Positions 7,492 through 17,963 of a DNA stretch of 64,000 nucleotides are shown here, one piece after another. The stretch spans positions 5,887-69,886 of the forward strand of contig JAKLKW010000003.1 in the NCBI GenBank assembly GCA_023150455.1. The letters run 5' to 3'. Every line of letters starts with the position of its first letter. The first letter of the stretch is position 1. Made by a program: the position numbers and the translations under genes. The notes under the pieces are model-generated. The model saw only the letters and a program-made list of their open reading frames with translations, searched no databases and was not told the origin of the DNA. The stretch comes from Alphaproteobacteria bacterium. GTDB taxonomy: Bacteria > Pseudomonadota > Alphaproteobacteria > JAEULC01.

Positions 7492-8414
7492 CTTCCCTCC
7501 AGCACGCGGCGCACGCTGGCGACGGTGACGGCGGAGACGCGCGCGTTGGACTCGCGCGTCAGGCCCGCGATATGCGGCGTCAGGATCAGGTTCGGCACGT
7601 CCGTGAAGCGCTGGCCGGACTGCGCGGTCATGGGCTCGCTCTCGAACACGTCGAGCGCGGCGCCGCCCAGCTTGCCGGCGCGCAGCGCGCCGACCAGCGC
7701 CTCCTCGTCGATCACGCCGCCGCGCGCGGCGTTGACGAGGATCGCGCCCGGCTTGCAGCGCGCGAGGTCGGGCGCGCCGATCATGCGCCGCGTCGCGGGC
7801 GTCAGCGGCATGTGCAGGCTGATAACGTCGGATTCCGCCATCAGCGTGTGCAGGTCGACCTTGCGCGCGTCGCTCCAGGCGAGGTCGGCAGCCGGGATCT
7901 GCGGGTCGCAGGCGATGATCGCCATGCCGAGCGCGCGGGCCCGCACGGCCGTCGCGCGCGCGGTCGCGCCGTAGCCGACGAGGCCGAGCGTCTTGCCGCC
8001 GATCTCGCCGCCCATCAGCGCCTGGCGCGGCCAGCGCCCCGCCGTCATCAGCGGCGCAGCGCCATAGGCCGGCCGCAGCAGGATCAGCGCCGCCGCGATC
8101 ACGTATTCGGCGACGGCGGCGTCATTGGCGCCCGTGGCCGGGCACACGGCGATGCCGCGGTTCCTGCAAGCCTGCGTGTCGATGTTGTCCAGGCCGACGC
8201 CGAGACGCCCGATCACCTTCAGGGCCGGTGCGCTGTCGATCAGGGGCCCGCGCACCTGCGTCTGGTTGCGCACGATCAGGCCGCGCGCGCCGTAGACCGC
8301 GCGATGCAGCTCGAGCGGCTTGCGATAGAGATCGCGGTCGTACAGCACGTCGTAGCCGGCAAGGCTGGCCAGCGCCGCCTCGTCGATGAACTCGGCTACG
8401 ACGACGTCGGGCAA
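7488..8414 (-). CDS. D-isomer-specific 2-hydroxyacid dehydrogenase (NAD-binding)
   Basis: GLVGYGATARATAVRARALGMAI Rossmann motif. Catalytic His-Glu-Arg pattern (PHIAGLT) typical of 2-HADH. TTG start as reported by the ORF track. Confidence 0.8.
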   Translation of the reverse strand: MPDVVVAEFIDEAALASLAGYDVLYDRDLYRKPLELHRAVYGARGLIVRNQTQVRGPLIDSAPALKVIGRLGVGLDNIDTQACRNRGIAVCPATGANDAAVAEYVIAAALILLRPAYGAAPLMTAGRWPRQALMGGEIGGKTLGLVGYGATARATAVRARALGMAIIACDPQIPAADLAWSDARKVDLHTLMAESDVISLHMPLTPATRRMIGAPDLARCKPGAILVNAARGGVIDEEALVGALRAGKLGGAALDVFESEPMTAQSGQRFTDVPNLILTPHIAGLTRESNARVSAVTVASVRRVLEGR

Positions 8415-8419
8415 CCCGA

Positions 8420-8596
8420 GCGTCTCCGCGCGCGTTGATCCGCGCGCGGATCCATTCGAGTCGGCGGCCGGATCAGCGGCCGCCCCCGCGCGCGTTGATC
8501 CGCGCGCGGATCCATTCCAGTCGGCGGCCGGATCAGCGGCCGCCCCCGCGCGCGTTGATCCGCGCGCGGATCCATTTGAGTCGGCGGCCGGATCAT
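8420..8596. repeat. REP-like two-hairpin repeat, 3 tandem units (locus B, opposite orientation to locus A)
   Basis: Unit: cgcgcgTTGATCCGcgcgcg, then a gatccattcgagtcggc spacer, then ggccgGATCAGcggccg, repeated 3 times. It sits between the 2-HADH start and the UxaA stop. Confidence 0.8.
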
Positions 8597-8603
8597 CGGC
8601 CGC

Positions 8604-9791
8604 CTAGGCGCTCTGGTACAGCTTCGTCATCACGAATTCGCGGTGGCCCAGCGCCTCGGCTGCGGTCAGGCGGCCGTTGCAGGTGCGCAGCATCACGTCG
8701 ATCAGCGCGTCGCCGGCCTGGTCGAGCGTCATCTCGCGCCGGAGGATGCCCGAGACGTCGAGGTCGATGTGCTCGGTCATGGTGCGCGCCGTCTTCGGGT
8801 TGGCGGTCAGCTTGATCACCGGCTCGATCGGGTTGCCGATCACGTTGCCCTGGCCGGTCGGGAACAGGTGCACCACGAATCCGGCCGCCGCCTGCAGCGT
8901 CACGCATTCGGCCGCCGCCGAGGACGTGTCCATGAAATAGAGGCCGGCGCCCTTGGTCGGCATCTCGGCCGGCTTCAGGACGTCGATGAACTTGGTCTTG
9001 TGCCCGATCTTCTGGAAGTTGCCGTAGGCCTTCTCCTCGATCGTGGTCAGGCCGCCGGCGATGTTGCCCTTGGTCGGCTGCGATTCCGACAGGTCGTTGG
9101 TCTTGTGCCGCTCGACCACCGTCTGGTAGGCGTTGAAGGCCGCCATGAACTTCTTCGAGATCGCGGGGCTGATCGCGCGCTGCGCGCAGACCACCTCGGC
9201 GCCGGTCAGCTCGGTGGTCTCGCCGAAGCAGCTCGTGGCGCCGAGCGGATCCACCTTGTCGATCAGGTTGCCGACGGTCGGGCACGAGGCCAGGCCCGAG
9301 GTCGTGTCGCTCTCGCCGCACTTGGTCGAGACCCACAGCTCATCGATGCTGCATTTCTCGCGCTGCATCTCGGAAGCGTTCTGCAGGAACTCCTTCGCCA
9401 CCCGCCCGGCGTCGGCGATCGTCTGTAGGTCGCCCTTGCCTTCGATCGCGAAGCCGGAGACCGGCTTGCCGGTCAGCTTCTTGATGCCGTCGACCACGCG
9501 CTGGGTCCAGCCCGGCTCGATGCCGATGACGACGCAGGCGGCGACGTTCGGGCTCGCGCCCGTGCCGATCAGCGTGCGGAAGTGCAGATCCAGGTCCTCG
9601 CCGAACTGCAGGCGGCCATAGGCATGTGGCAGCGCCAGCGTGCCCTTGATGTTGTTCGCCACCGCCTCGCACGCCGCGTTCGACAGGTCGTCGAGCGGCA
9701 GGATGGCCACGTGGTTGCGCACGCCCACCCGGCCGTTCTCGCGCCGAAAGCCCCGGAAGCTCAGGTCGCGCTTCTTCGCAATGTTCGCCAT
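8604..9791 (-). CDS. UxaA-family sugar-acid dehydratase, large (C-terminal) subunit
   Basis: 395 aa with the characteristic UxaA C-terminal region (Cys-rich CGESDTTSG...SCFGETTE). A separate SAF-domain small subunit is encoded immediately upstream. Confidence 0.85.
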   Translation of the reverse strand: MANIAKKRDLSFRGFRRENGRVGVRNHVAILPLDDLSNAACEAVANNIKGTLALPHAYGRLQFGEDLDLHFRTLIGTGASPNVAACVVIGIEPGWTQRVVDGIKKLTGKPVSGFAIEGKGDLQTIADAGRVAKEFLQNASEMQREKCSIDELWVSTKCGESDTTSGLASCPTVGNLIDKVDPLGATSCFGETTELTGAEVVCAQRAISPAISKKFMAAFNAYQTVVERHKTNDLSESQPTKGNIAGGLTTIEEKAYGNFQKIGHKTKFIDVLKPAEMPTKGAGLYFMDTSSAAAECVTLQAAAGFVVHLFPTGQGNVIGNPIEPVIKLTANPKTARTMTEHIDLDVSGILRREMTLDQAGDALIDVMLRTCNGRLTAAEALGHREFVMTKLYQSA

Positions 9792-9821
9792 GACGCTCTC
9801 CTCCCGCCTGCCAGCGCCCGA

Positions 9822-10112
9822 CTACCAGCGCTTCGTCTTCATGTTGTGCACGTGGGCATGCCTGCCCTTGCCGATGTCGGCCACCGCCTTGCCGATGTCG
9901 TTGCCGTATTTCAGGATCGTCTCGCCCTTCCTGATGTCCTTGAGCGCGATCTTGTGGCCGAGCGGCACGTCGTCGACCGCCTGCAGCGTGATCGTGGCGT
10001 CGCCTTCCATCACCCAGCCGGTCAGCTTCTGCCCCTTCTTCACCCCGTTCTCGTCGACGATCACGCCGACCGTGTCCTTCTTGTCGTGCACGATGAAATG
10101 CGTGGTGGGCAT
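9822..10112 (-). CDS. UxaA-family dehydratase small subunit (SAF domain)
   Basis: 96-aa MPTTHFIVHDKKDTVGVIV...LKDIRKGETILKYG SAF-like domain. This is the only plausible coding part of the 432-aa Arg-rich ORF at 9822-11120. Confidence 0.8.
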   Translation of the reverse strand: MPTTHFIVHDKKDTVGVIVDENGVKKGQKLTGWVMEGDATITLQAVDDVPLGHKIALKDIRKGETILKYGNDIGKAVADIGKGRHAHVHNMKTKRW

Positions 10113-10198
10113 CCTCTCGACTCCGCCTGTCGTTCCCTTCTTTCGGAAGGCGGCACCATGGCGCATGCACCGCCGAGCGTCAACGCGAGGCGCCGGCG

Positions 10199-11329
10199 CT
10201 AGTCCGCCGCCGCCTTGACCCCGTCCGGCCGCGCCAGCTTCGCCCCCGGCCACATCGTCGGCTTGAGCCGGTCGTACTGCGGCGGCCAGGCGACGGGCGC
10301 GCCCAGGCGCTCGGCCGCGTGCCAGACCCAGCGCGGATCGTCGAGGAAGGCGCGCGCCATGGCCACCATGTCGGCCTGGCCCGACGCCACGATCTGCTCG
10401 GCCTGGCGCGCGTCGACGATCAGGCCGACGGCGCGCGTGGCGATGCCGGCGTCGCGCCGGATGCGCTCGGCCAGCGGCACCTGGTAGCCGGGCGCGACCG
10501 GCACCTTGATCGACGGAGTCACGCCGCCGCTCGACGCGCAGACATAGTCGTAGCCCAGCGCCTTCAGCCGGCGCGACACCTCGACCGAGTCCTCGATCGT
10601 GAGCCCCTCCGCGGCCCAGTCGGTCGCGGACAGGCGCATGCCGAGCGCCACGTGCTTCGGCACGACCGCGCGCACCGCCGTCGCGACCTCGAGCGGGAAG
10701 CGCATGCGGTTCTCGAGCGACCCGCCGTACTCGTCGTCGCGCCTGTTCGCGATCGGCGACAGGAAGCTGTGCATCAGGTAGCCGTGCGCGCCGTGCAGCT
10801 CGATCACCTCGAAGCCCGCGCGCACGGCGCGCTCGGCCGTCTTGACGAAGCTGTCGCGGATGCGCTTGAGGTCGGCGCGCTCGAGCGGCCGCGGCGCGGG
10901 CCAGCCCTGGTCGAACGGGATGGATGAGGGCGCCATGGTGATCCACGGATCGGCGTCGCCCGTCAGCGCCTTGCCGCCTTCCCACGGCCGCTGCGCCGAG
11001 GCCTTGCGACCGGCATGGCCGATCTGGATGCCGAAGCGCGTCTTCACCGCCACGCGCCGCGCCACGTCGAGCGTGCGCCTGGCCGCCGCCTCGTTGGCGT
11101 CGGAGTAGAGTCCGAGGCACCCATGCGTGATGCGGCCATGCCGCTCGACCGCCGTCGCCTCGACCATGAACAGGCCGGCGCCGCTATAGGCGTACTGCAT
11201 CCAGTGCTGCAGGTGCCAGTCGTTGGCGCAGCCGTCGTCGGCGCTGTACTGGCACATGGGCGCGACGACGATGCGATTGGCCAGCTCGACCGGTCCAAGG
11301 GCAAAGGGCGAGAACAGCCGGCTCGTCAT
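10199..11329 (-). CDS. NADH:flavin oxidoreductase, Old Yellow Enzyme family
   Basis: TIM-barrel OYE motifs (VAPMCQYS, HGAHGYLMHSFLSP, ASSGG). Confidence 0.9.
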   Translation of the reverse strand: MTSRLFSPFALGPVELANRIVVAPMCQYSADDGCANDWHLQHWMQYAYSGAGLFMVEATAVERHGRITHGCLGLYSDANEAAARRTLDVARRVAVKTRFGIQIGHAGRKASAQRPWEGGKALTGDADPWITMAPSSIPFDQGWPAPRPLERADLKRIRDSFVKTAERAVRAGFEVIELHGAHGYLMHSFLSPIANRRDDEYGGSLENRMRFPLEVATAVRAVVPKHVALGMRLSATDWAAEGLTIEDSVEVSRRLKALGYDYVCASSGGVTPSIKVPVAPGYQVPLAERIRRDAGIATRAVGLIVDARQAEQIVASGQADMVAMARAFLDDPRWVWHAAERLGAPVAWPPQYDRLKPTMWPGAKLARPDGVKAAAD

Positions 11330-11536
11330 GCGATGCAGCTCCCCTGCAGTGTCGTCGAACGCCTGTCATCCGCCCGTGGTAATAACGGGGGACGCGGCCT
11401 GCGACCAGCCGGGGCTTGCGCATCGCCGCAATGCGCCGGGCGAATTCCATGCCGCCGCCGGGGGCGGGGAAATCCAATTGACGCCCGCCCAAGGCGACTG
11501 TCATAGAATTGTAACACTAAGGGAGCCATACGCCGC

Positions 11537-12337
11537 ATGACCGATCCGACCGGCCTGGCACAGCGTCATCTGGCCGCGATCGCGACCGCGCGACAGGCCG
11601 GCGATCTGATGCGCCGCCTGTTTCTCGACCGCGACGGCATCGAGATGTCGTTCAAGGGACCGCAGGACTACCTGACCCAGGCCGACGCGGCCGTGGAGAA
11701 GCTGGTGCGCGGCAGCCTGCACCAGGCGTTTGGCGCCGACACGTTCTTCGGCGAGGAGCACGGCGGGGAGTTCAGCCGTTCCTGCTGGGTGGTCGATCCG
11801 ATCGACGGCACGGCCAATTTCGCGCTCGGCGTGGCGCATTTCTGCGTCTCGATCGCCTATTTGAGCGACGGCGAGCCCGCGGTCGGCGTGATCTACAACC
11901 CGATGACCGACGAGATGTTCGAGGCGCGGGCCGGCGGCGGCGCGCGCCTCAACGGCAGGACCATGCGCGTCGCCCGGACGACGGCGTTCGACCGCGCCAT
12001 GGTCGAGCTGGGCTGGTCGGCGCGCCGCAGCCCCGGCGACTACACCGACATGGTGCGGCGCGTGCTCGTCGCCGGCGCCAGCTTCCGGCGCGCGGGCTCC
12101 GGCGCGCTCGGCATCGCCTATGTCGCCGACGGCCGCAGCGACGGCTACGCCGAGCTGCACATCAACTCGTGGGACTGCCTGGCCGGGATCGTCATGGCCA
12201 AGGAGGCCGGCGCCCGGGTCAACGACTTCCTCGCCGGCGACGGCCTCAGCCAAGGCAACGCGGTGCTGGTCGCGGCGCCCGGCATCTTCGAAGCACTGAC
12301 CGCGGCAACCGGGATCGGGGCCAAGATCATGGCATAG
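11537..12337 (+). CDS. Inositol monophosphatase family protein
   Basis: FFGEE...WVVDPIDGTANF and WDCLAG motifs of IMPase/SuhB. Confidence 0.85.
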   Translation: MTDPTGLAQRHLAAIATARQAGDLMRRLFLDRDGIEMSFKGPQDYLTQADAAVEKLVRGSLHQAFGADTFFGEEHGGEFSRSCWVVDPIDGTANFALGVAHFCVSIAYLSDGEPAVGVIYNPMTDEMFEARAGGGARLNGRTMRVARTTAFDRAMVELGWSARRSPGDYTDMVRRVLVAGASFRRAGSGALGIAYVADGRSDGYAELHINSWDCLAGIVMAKEAGARVNDFLAGDGLSQGNAVLVAAPGIFEALTAATGIGAKIMA

Positions 12338-12400
12338 TCCGCCGTCCAAGACCGCGCCGACCGCCACCAGGCGGCGGCACCACATCGGGAGGAACCAACG

Positions 12401-13438
12401 ATGAAACACGCAACTGGACTTCGTCTGGCCGGGCTCGCACTCGGCGCCGCCGTGCTGGCCGCGCCCGGCATCGCCGAGGCGCAAGGCAACCTGACGCTCT
12501 ACTGCACGGTGCAGGAGGAATGGTGCCGCGCCATGGTGCAGGCCTTCGAGAAGAAGACCGGCATCAAGGTGGCGATGACGCGCAAGAGCTCGGGCGAGCT
12601 CTACGCCCAGGTCAAGGCGGAATCGGCCAACCCCAAGGGCGACATCTGGTGGGGCGGCACCGGCGACCCGCACCTGCAGGCGGCCGAGGAGGGCCTGACC
12701 GAGGAATACACCTCGGCGATGAACAAGGAGCTGCATCCCTGGGCGATCAAGCAGTGGGAGCAGTCGAAGAAGCGCACGGTCGGCGTATACGCCGGCGCGC
12801 TCGGCTACGGCTTCAACACCAAGCAGATCGCCGAGAAGAAGCTCGCCGAGCCCAAATGCTGGTCCGACCTGCTCGACCCCAAGCTCAAGGACGAGGTCCA
12901 GGTCGCCGACCCGAACTCCTCGGGCACGTCCTACACCATGCTGGCGACGATGGTGCAGCTGATGGGCGAGGAGAAGGGCTTCGACTACCTGAAGAAGCTG
13001 CACAAGAACATCAACCAGTACACCAAGTCCGGCGCCGCGCCGGCCAAGGCGACGAGCCTGGGCGAGACCACGATCGGCATCACCTTCCAGCACGACCTGG
13101 TGACCTTCGTCGTGCAGGGCGCGCCGATCAAGGTCGTGGCGCCGTGCGAGGGCACCGGCTACGAGATCGGCTCGATGAGCCTGATCAAGGGCGCCAAGAA
13201 CATGAAGGAGGCGAAGACCTGGTACGACTGGGCGCTGACAGCCGAGGCGCAGACGATCGGCGGCCAGGCCAAGGCCTACCAGGTGCCGTCGAACAGGAAC
13301 GCCAAGGCGCCGCCGCAGGCGCCCGACTTCTCCAAGATCAAGTTCATCGAGTACGACTTCGCGAAATACGGCTCCTCGGCCGAGCGCAGGCGCCTGCTCT
13401 CCAAGTGGGACGCGGAGGTGAAGAACCTGCCGAAGTGA
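12401..13438 (+). CDS. ABC transporter periplasmic substrate-binding protein (Fe3+/FbpA-like family), copy 1
   Basis: GGGAGG ribosome-binding site, signal peptide, family 1 extracellular solute-binding fold. Paralogous to 15797-16822. Confidence 0.85.
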   Translation: MKHATGLRLAGLALGAAVLAAPGIAEAQGNLTLYCTVQEEWCRAMVQAFEKKTGIKVAMTRKSSGELYAQVKAESANPKGDIWWGGTGDPHLQAAEEGLTEEYTSAMNKELHPWAIKQWEQSKKRTVGVYAGALGYGFNTKQIAEKKLAEPKCWSDLLDPKLKDEVQVADPNSSGTSYTMLATMVQLMGEEKGFDYLKKLHKNINQYTKSGAAPAKATSLGETTIGITFQHDLVTFVVQGAPIKVVAPCEGTGYEIGSMSLIKGAKNMKEAKTWYDWALTAEAQTIGGQAKAYQVPSNRNAKAPPQAPDFSKIKFIEYDFAKYGSSAERRRLLSKWDAEVKNLPK

Positions 13439-13457
13439 GCTTCACTCCGGCGGCGCC

Positions 13458-13545
13458 CATGCCCCCCACCCTGACCCTCCCCCACAAGCGGGAAGGGGAT
13501 GGAACTCGTTCCCCCTCCCCCTCGATGGGGGAGGGTCGGGGTGGC
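13458..13545. repeat. Intra-operon C-rich/G-rich long imperfect hairpin between binding-protein gene 1 and the permease gene
   Basis: ccccccaccctgaccctccccc ... gggggagggtcggggtgg inverted repeat with an inner imperfect repeat. Its position is analogous to the E. coli malE-malF REP elements. Confidence 0.4.
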
Positions 13546-13583
13546 GGTGGCCACGCGGCACAACGCGGCGAAGCCGCCCCCCC

Positions 13584-15782
13584 ATGACCCGCGCCGTCCG
13601 CCTCTGGCTCGCCGTCGGCTGGGCCGGCGCGCTGGTCCTGCCGTGGTACGCGATCGACGGCAGCTTCTGGGACTTCGCGTGGCTGGCGAAGTATCCCGGC
13701 GACGCGACGGCGCCGCTCCTGCTGCAGGTGCTCGCCCATGGGCGCTGGTGGCTCCTGCCGGTGCCTTTGGCGCTCCTCGCCGCGACGGCCGCGCTCGCGC
13801 TCGGCCGCGACGATGCGCGCCTGGCGCGGCTGCTGGTCGGAACGGGCGTCGCCGGGCTCCTGCTGATGCTGGCCGAGGGCGCCGCGATCGACCATCGCGG
13901 CTGGAGCTGGGCCTGGCTCCAGGCGCTCGCGGGCACGAGCGGGCCGAAGCAGTCCGGCATGGGCTACGGCGCGCTGGTCCTTTCGCTCGCCTTCGTCATG
14001 CTCGCCTGCCAGGGCCTGGCGGCGCGCGGCTGGTGCCGCGGCGACGCCTTCACCGTCGGCGCCATCGCGCTGGTGGTGGCGCTGGTCGGCGTCTTCGTCT
14101 TCTTCCCCGTGCTCGAGATCCTCTTCAGCGCGGTCAAGGACAACGACGGGCGGTTCGCGCCGGCCGAGTTCGTGCAGAAGTTCTTCGACCGCAGCGTCTG
14201 GGGCCTCGACTGCCTCCATTCGTCGCTGCGCTGCGGCGTGGCGTGGAACACGCTGTTCCTGGCGGTGGTGGTCGGCGCCGGCTCGACCCTGATCGGGCTC
14301 GCCTTCGCGCTGATCGCGACGCGCACCGACTTCCCGTTCAAGGGCCTGCTCAAGGTGATGAGCGTGCTGCCGATCATCACGCCGCCCTTCGTCATCGGGC
14401 TGGCGATGATCCTGCTGTTCGGGCGCTCGGGCCTCGTGACCGGGCTGCTGTACGACTGGTTCGCCGTGCCGCGCTCGCGCTGGATCTACGGGCTGCAGGG
14501 CGTGGCGATCGCGCAGCTGCTCGCCTTCTCGCCGATCGCCTTCCTGGTGCTGATCGGCGTCGTGCAGGGCGTCAGCCCCTCGCTCGAGGAGGCGTCGCAG
14601 ACCTTGCGCGCCAAGGGATGGACCACGTTCAACACCGTGACCCTGCCGCTGATCCGCCCCGGCCTCGCCAACGCCTTCCTGCTCGGCTTCGTCGAGAGCA
14701 TGGCGGACTTCGGCAACCCGCTGGTGCTCGCCGGCAACTACGAGGTGCTGGCGACCAAGATCTTCTTCGCCGTGGTCGGCGCCTCGCACGACCAGGGCCG
14801 CGCGGCGGTGCTGGCGATCATCCTGCTCGCCTTCACGCTCGGCGCCTTCTACGCGCAGCATGCCTGGCTCGGCCGCAAGTCCTACACGACGGTCACCGGC
14901 AAGGGCGACGCGGGGCTCGCGGTGCCGCTGCCGCGCGGCCTGCGCCGGCTCTGCTATGCCGTGGCCGGGCCGTTCGCGCTGCTGACGGCGGTGACCTACG
15001 CGACCATCCTCATCGCCAGCTTCTGGAACACGGTCGGGCGCGACTACTCGCTGACGCTGCAGCACTACGTCACGGGCTTCTCGGTCGAATGGGGCGCGCG
15101 CGGCCTGCATTTCACCGGCTCGGCCTGGGACTCGTTCTGGACCACGATCCAGATCGCCGCCGTCTCGGCGCCGCTCACCGCGGCGATCGGGCTCATGACC
15201 GCCTACCTGCTGACGCGGCAGAAATTCGCCGGCCAGCGCGCCTTCGAGTTCGGCACGATGCTGAGCTTCGCCATCCCCGGCACGGTGATCGGCGTCAGCT
15301 ACATCCTGGCCTTCAACGTGCCGCCGATCGAGCTGACCGGGACCGGCGTGATCCTGGTGATCTGCTTCGTGTTCCGCAACATGCCGGTCGGCGTGCGCTC
15401 GGGCATCGCTGCCTTGAGCCAGATCGACAAGAGCCTCGACGAGGCGTCGCTGACGCTCGGCGCGCGCACCTTCGCCACCGTGCGCCGGGTCGTGCTGCCG
15501 CTGCTGCGGCCGGCCATGGTCTCGGCCCTGGTCTACAGCTTCGTGCGCGCGATGACCGCCGTCAGCGCCGTGATCTTCCTGGTCACCGCGCAATACAACA
15601 TGGCGACCGCCTATATCGTCGGTCGCGTCGAGGCCGGCGAGTACGGGCTCGCCATCGCCTATTCCAACGTGCTGATCGCCGTGATGCTGGGCGCCATCCT
15701 GTTGATCCAGCTGGCGGTCGGCGAGCGGCGCTTGGGCCGGCGCCAGCCGCAGGCGGTGCTGGCGGTGCAGGCTGGGGGATGA
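13584..15782 (+). CDS. Fused two-domain ABC transporter permease (iron(III)-type, FbpB-like)
   Basis: 732 aa with about 12 TM segments and two EAA-like permease signature regions. Confidence 0.85.
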   Translation: MTRAVRLWLAVGWAGALVLPWYAIDGSFWDFAWLAKYPGDATAPLLLQVLAHGRWWLLPVPLALLAATAALALGRDDARLARLLVGTGVAGLLLMLAEGAAIDHRGWSWAWLQALAGTSGPKQSGMGYGALVLSLAFVMLACQGLAARGWCRGDAFTVGAIALVVALVGVFVFFPVLEILFSAVKDNDGRFAPAEFVQKFFDRSVWGLDCLHSSLRCGVAWNTLFLAVVVGAGSTLIGLAFALIATRTDFPFKGLLKVMSVLPIITPPFVIGLAMILLFGRSGLVTGLLYDWFAVPRSRWIYGLQGVAIAQLLAFSPIAFLVLIGVVQGVSPSLEEASQTLRAKGWTTFNTVTLPLIRPGLANAFLLGFVESMADFGNPLVLAGNYEVLATKIFFAVVGASHDQGRAAVLAIILLAFTLGAFYAQHAWLGRKSYTTVTGKGDAGLAVPLPRGLRRLCYAVAGPFALLTAVTYATILIASFWNTVGRDYSLTLQHYVTGFSVEWGARGLHFTGSAWDSFWTTIQIAAVSAPLTAAIGLMTAYLLTRQKFAGQRAFEFGTMLSFAIPGTVIGVSYILAFNVPPIELTGTGVILVICFVFRNMPVGVRSGIAALSQIDKSLDEASLTLGARTFATVRRVVLPLLRPAMVSALVYSFVRAMTAVSAVIFLVTAQYNMATAYIVGRVEAGEYGLAIAYSNVLIAVMLGAILLIQLAVGERRLGRRQPQAVLAVQAGG

Positions 15783-15796
15783 AGGAGAGAGCGAAC

Positions 15797-16822
15797 ATGC
15801 GCAAGATGGTCCTGCTCGCCGCGATCGGGCTCGTCGCCCTGGCGGCGCCGGCAAATGCCCAGGGCAGCAAGGAGCTGGTGGTCTATTGCAGCGTGCTGAA
15901 CGAGTGGTGCACGTTGATGGTGCAGGAGTTCGAGAAGAAGACCGGGGTCAAGGTCACGATGACGCAGAAGGGCTCCGGCGAGACGGTGACGCAGCTGCGC
16001 GCCGAGGCCGCCAACCCGCGCGCCGACATCTTCTACGGCGGCGTCGGCGACCAGCACATGGAGGCGGCCGAAGCGGGCCTGACGGTGGAGTACCGCTCGC
16101 CCATGCTGGCCGAGCTGCATCCCTGGGCGCGCCGGCAGGCCGAGCAGTCGGGCCACAGGTCGGTCGGCATCTATGCCGGCGCCCTCGGTTTCGTATGGAA
16201 CAGCGAGCTGCTCGCCAAGAAGAAGCTCGACGAGCCGAAATGCTGGGCCGACCTGCTGAAACCGGCGTACAAGGACGAGATCCAGATGTCGAACCCGTCC
16301 TCGTCCGGCACGGCCTATGTCACGCTCGCCACGATCATCCAGATCATGGGCGAGGAGCCGGCCTTCGCGTACCTGAAGAAGCTGCACGCCAACATCAACC
16401 AGTACACGCGCTCCGGCCCGGCGCCGGTGCGCAACGCCGCGCGCGGCGAGACCACGATCGGCATCAACTTCCTGCACGACGGCGTGGCCGAGGCCGCCGC
16501 CGGCTTCCCCTTGAAGGTTGCCGGTCCCTGCGAGGGCACCGGCTACGAGATCGGGTCGATGTCGATCGTCAAGGGCGGCAAGAACCCGGAGAACGCCAGG
16601 GCCTGGTACGACTGGGCGCTGACCGCGGAGATCCAGAACAAGGCGAAGACGGTGAAATCGTTCCAGGTGCCGTCCAACATGAAGGCGAGCGCGCCGGAGC
16701 AGATGCCCAAGCTCGACCAGATCAAGCTGATCGACTACGACTTCGCCAGGTACGGCTCGGGCGTCGAGCGCAAGCGCATCATCACGCGCTGGGAGAAGGA
16801 GGTCGGCAGCCTGCCGAAATAG
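15797..16822 (+). CDS. ABC transporter periplasmic substrate-binding protein, copy 2 (paralog of 12401-13438)
   Basis: Signal peptide MRKMVLLAAIGLVALAAPANA. Clearly alignable with copy 1 (YCSVLNEWC, NPSSSGT and GPCEGTGYEIGSMS blocks conserved). Confidence 0.85.
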   Translation: MRKMVLLAAIGLVALAAPANAQGSKELVVYCSVLNEWCTLMVQEFEKKTGVKVTMTQKGSGETVTQLRAEAANPRADIFYGGVGDQHMEAAEAGLTVEYRSPMLAELHPWARRQAEQSGHRSVGIYAGALGFVWNSELLAKKKLDEPKCWADLLKPAYKDEIQMSNPSSSGTAYVTLATIIQIMGEEPAFAYLKKLHANINQYTRSGPAPVRNAARGETTIGINFLHDGVAEAAAGFPLKVAGPCEGTGYEIGSMSIVKGGKNPENARAWYDWALTAEIQNKAKTVKSFQVPSNMKASAPEQMPKLDQIKLIDYDFARYGSGVERKRIITRWEKEVGSLPK

Positions 16823-16845
16823 AGCGGGCGCCGCGGGGAGGGAGA

Positions 16846-17916
16846 ATGGCCAAGTCGGCAGCGTCGGTCGAGTTTCGCAACGTCACCAAGCGCTACGGCG
16901 GGGTGACCGCGGTCGACAACGTCTCGTTCACGATCGAGCCGGGCACGTTGGTGACGCTCTTGGGGCCGTCCGGCTGCGGCAAGACCACCACCTTGCGCCT
17001 CATCGCCGGGCTCGAGATGGCGAGCGAGGGGCGGATCATGATCGGCGGGCGCGACGTGACGCACCTGTCGGCGGCCGAGCGCGACGTGTCGATGGTGTTC
17101 CAGTCCTACGCGCTGTTCCCGCACATGAGCGTGCTCGACAACGTCGCCTACGGGCCGCTGGTCGGCGGCGAGCCCAAGGCCAAGGCGCACGCCATGGCGC
17201 GCGACAAGCTCGAGGTCGTGGGCTTGAAGGGCTTCGACGACCGCCTGCCGTCGGAGCTGTCGGGCGGGCAGCAGCAGCGCGTGGCGGTCGCGCGCGCCCT
17301 GGTGCTGGAGCCGCAGGTGCTGCTGTTCGACGAGCCGCTGTCGAACCTCGACGCCAAGCTGCGCCGGCGCGTGCGCGAGGACATCCGCGACCTGCAGCGC
17401 CAGCTCGACCTCACGGTCGCCTACGTGACGCACGACCAGCAGGAGGCGCTGGCGGTGTCGGACCGCGTGATCGTCATGGCCAATGCCGTCATCGCCCAGT
17501 CCGGTGCGCCGCGCGAACTGTACGAGGAGCCGGCCAGCCTGTTCGTCGCCGACTTCATCGGCGACGCCAACATCGTGCCGGCCGAGCTCGGCCCGCCGAA
17601 CGGGCACGACGGCACGGCGCGGGTCCGCATCGGCACGCTGGAGAAAAGCCTCAAGCACCGCGGCGTCAAGCCGGGCGCGATCAAGGTGGCGATCCGGCCG
17701 GAGTCGCTCACGCTCTCGCCGGTCAAGCCCAACACGCCGGCGCTCGAGGGCCGCATCGCCAAGGCCGCCTATCTCGGCACCCATATCGAGTACACGGTCA
17801 CGACGGCGCTCGGCGACCTGTTCGTGGTCGACCGCGCGGTCGACCGCCCGCTCGATCCCGGCGCGGGCACGTTCATCACGCTGGCGGACCACGGCGTCAC
17901 GGTCGTCCCGGGCTAA
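16846..17916 (+). CDS. ABC transporter ATP-binding protein
   Basis: Walker A GPSGCGKTT, signature LSGGQQQRVA, Walker B LLFDEPLS, and a C-terminal TOBE-like region. Confidence 0.9.
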   Translation: MAKSAASVEFRNVTKRYGGVTAVDNVSFTIEPGTLVTLLGPSGCGKTTTLRLIAGLEMASEGRIMIGGRDVTHLSAAERDVSMVFQSYALFPHMSVLDNVAYGPLVGGEPKAKAHAMARDKLEVVGLKGFDDRLPSELSGGQQQRVAVARALVLEPQVLLFDEPLSNLDAKLRRRVREDIRDLQRQLDLTVAYVTHDQQEALAVSDRVIVMANAVIAQSGAPRELYEEPASLFVADFIGDANIVPAELGPPNGHDGTARVRIGTLEKSLKHRGVKPGAIKVAIRPESLTLSPVKPNTPALEGRIAKAAYLGTHIEYTVTTALGDLFVVDRAVDRPLDPGAGTFITLADHGVTVVPG

Positions 17917-17963
17917 GCGCTCTCTGGCAACGGCGGCGGCGATCGGTGCTATGGTCGCGCGCC

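Noticed and set aside
9822-11120. 432-aa ORF fusing the SAF-domain region to a long Arg-rich N-terminus.
   Set aside because: Only the last 96 codons (9822-10112) show UxaA small-subunit homology and coding-like composition. The remainder overlaps the well-supported OYE gene on the same strand in another frame.
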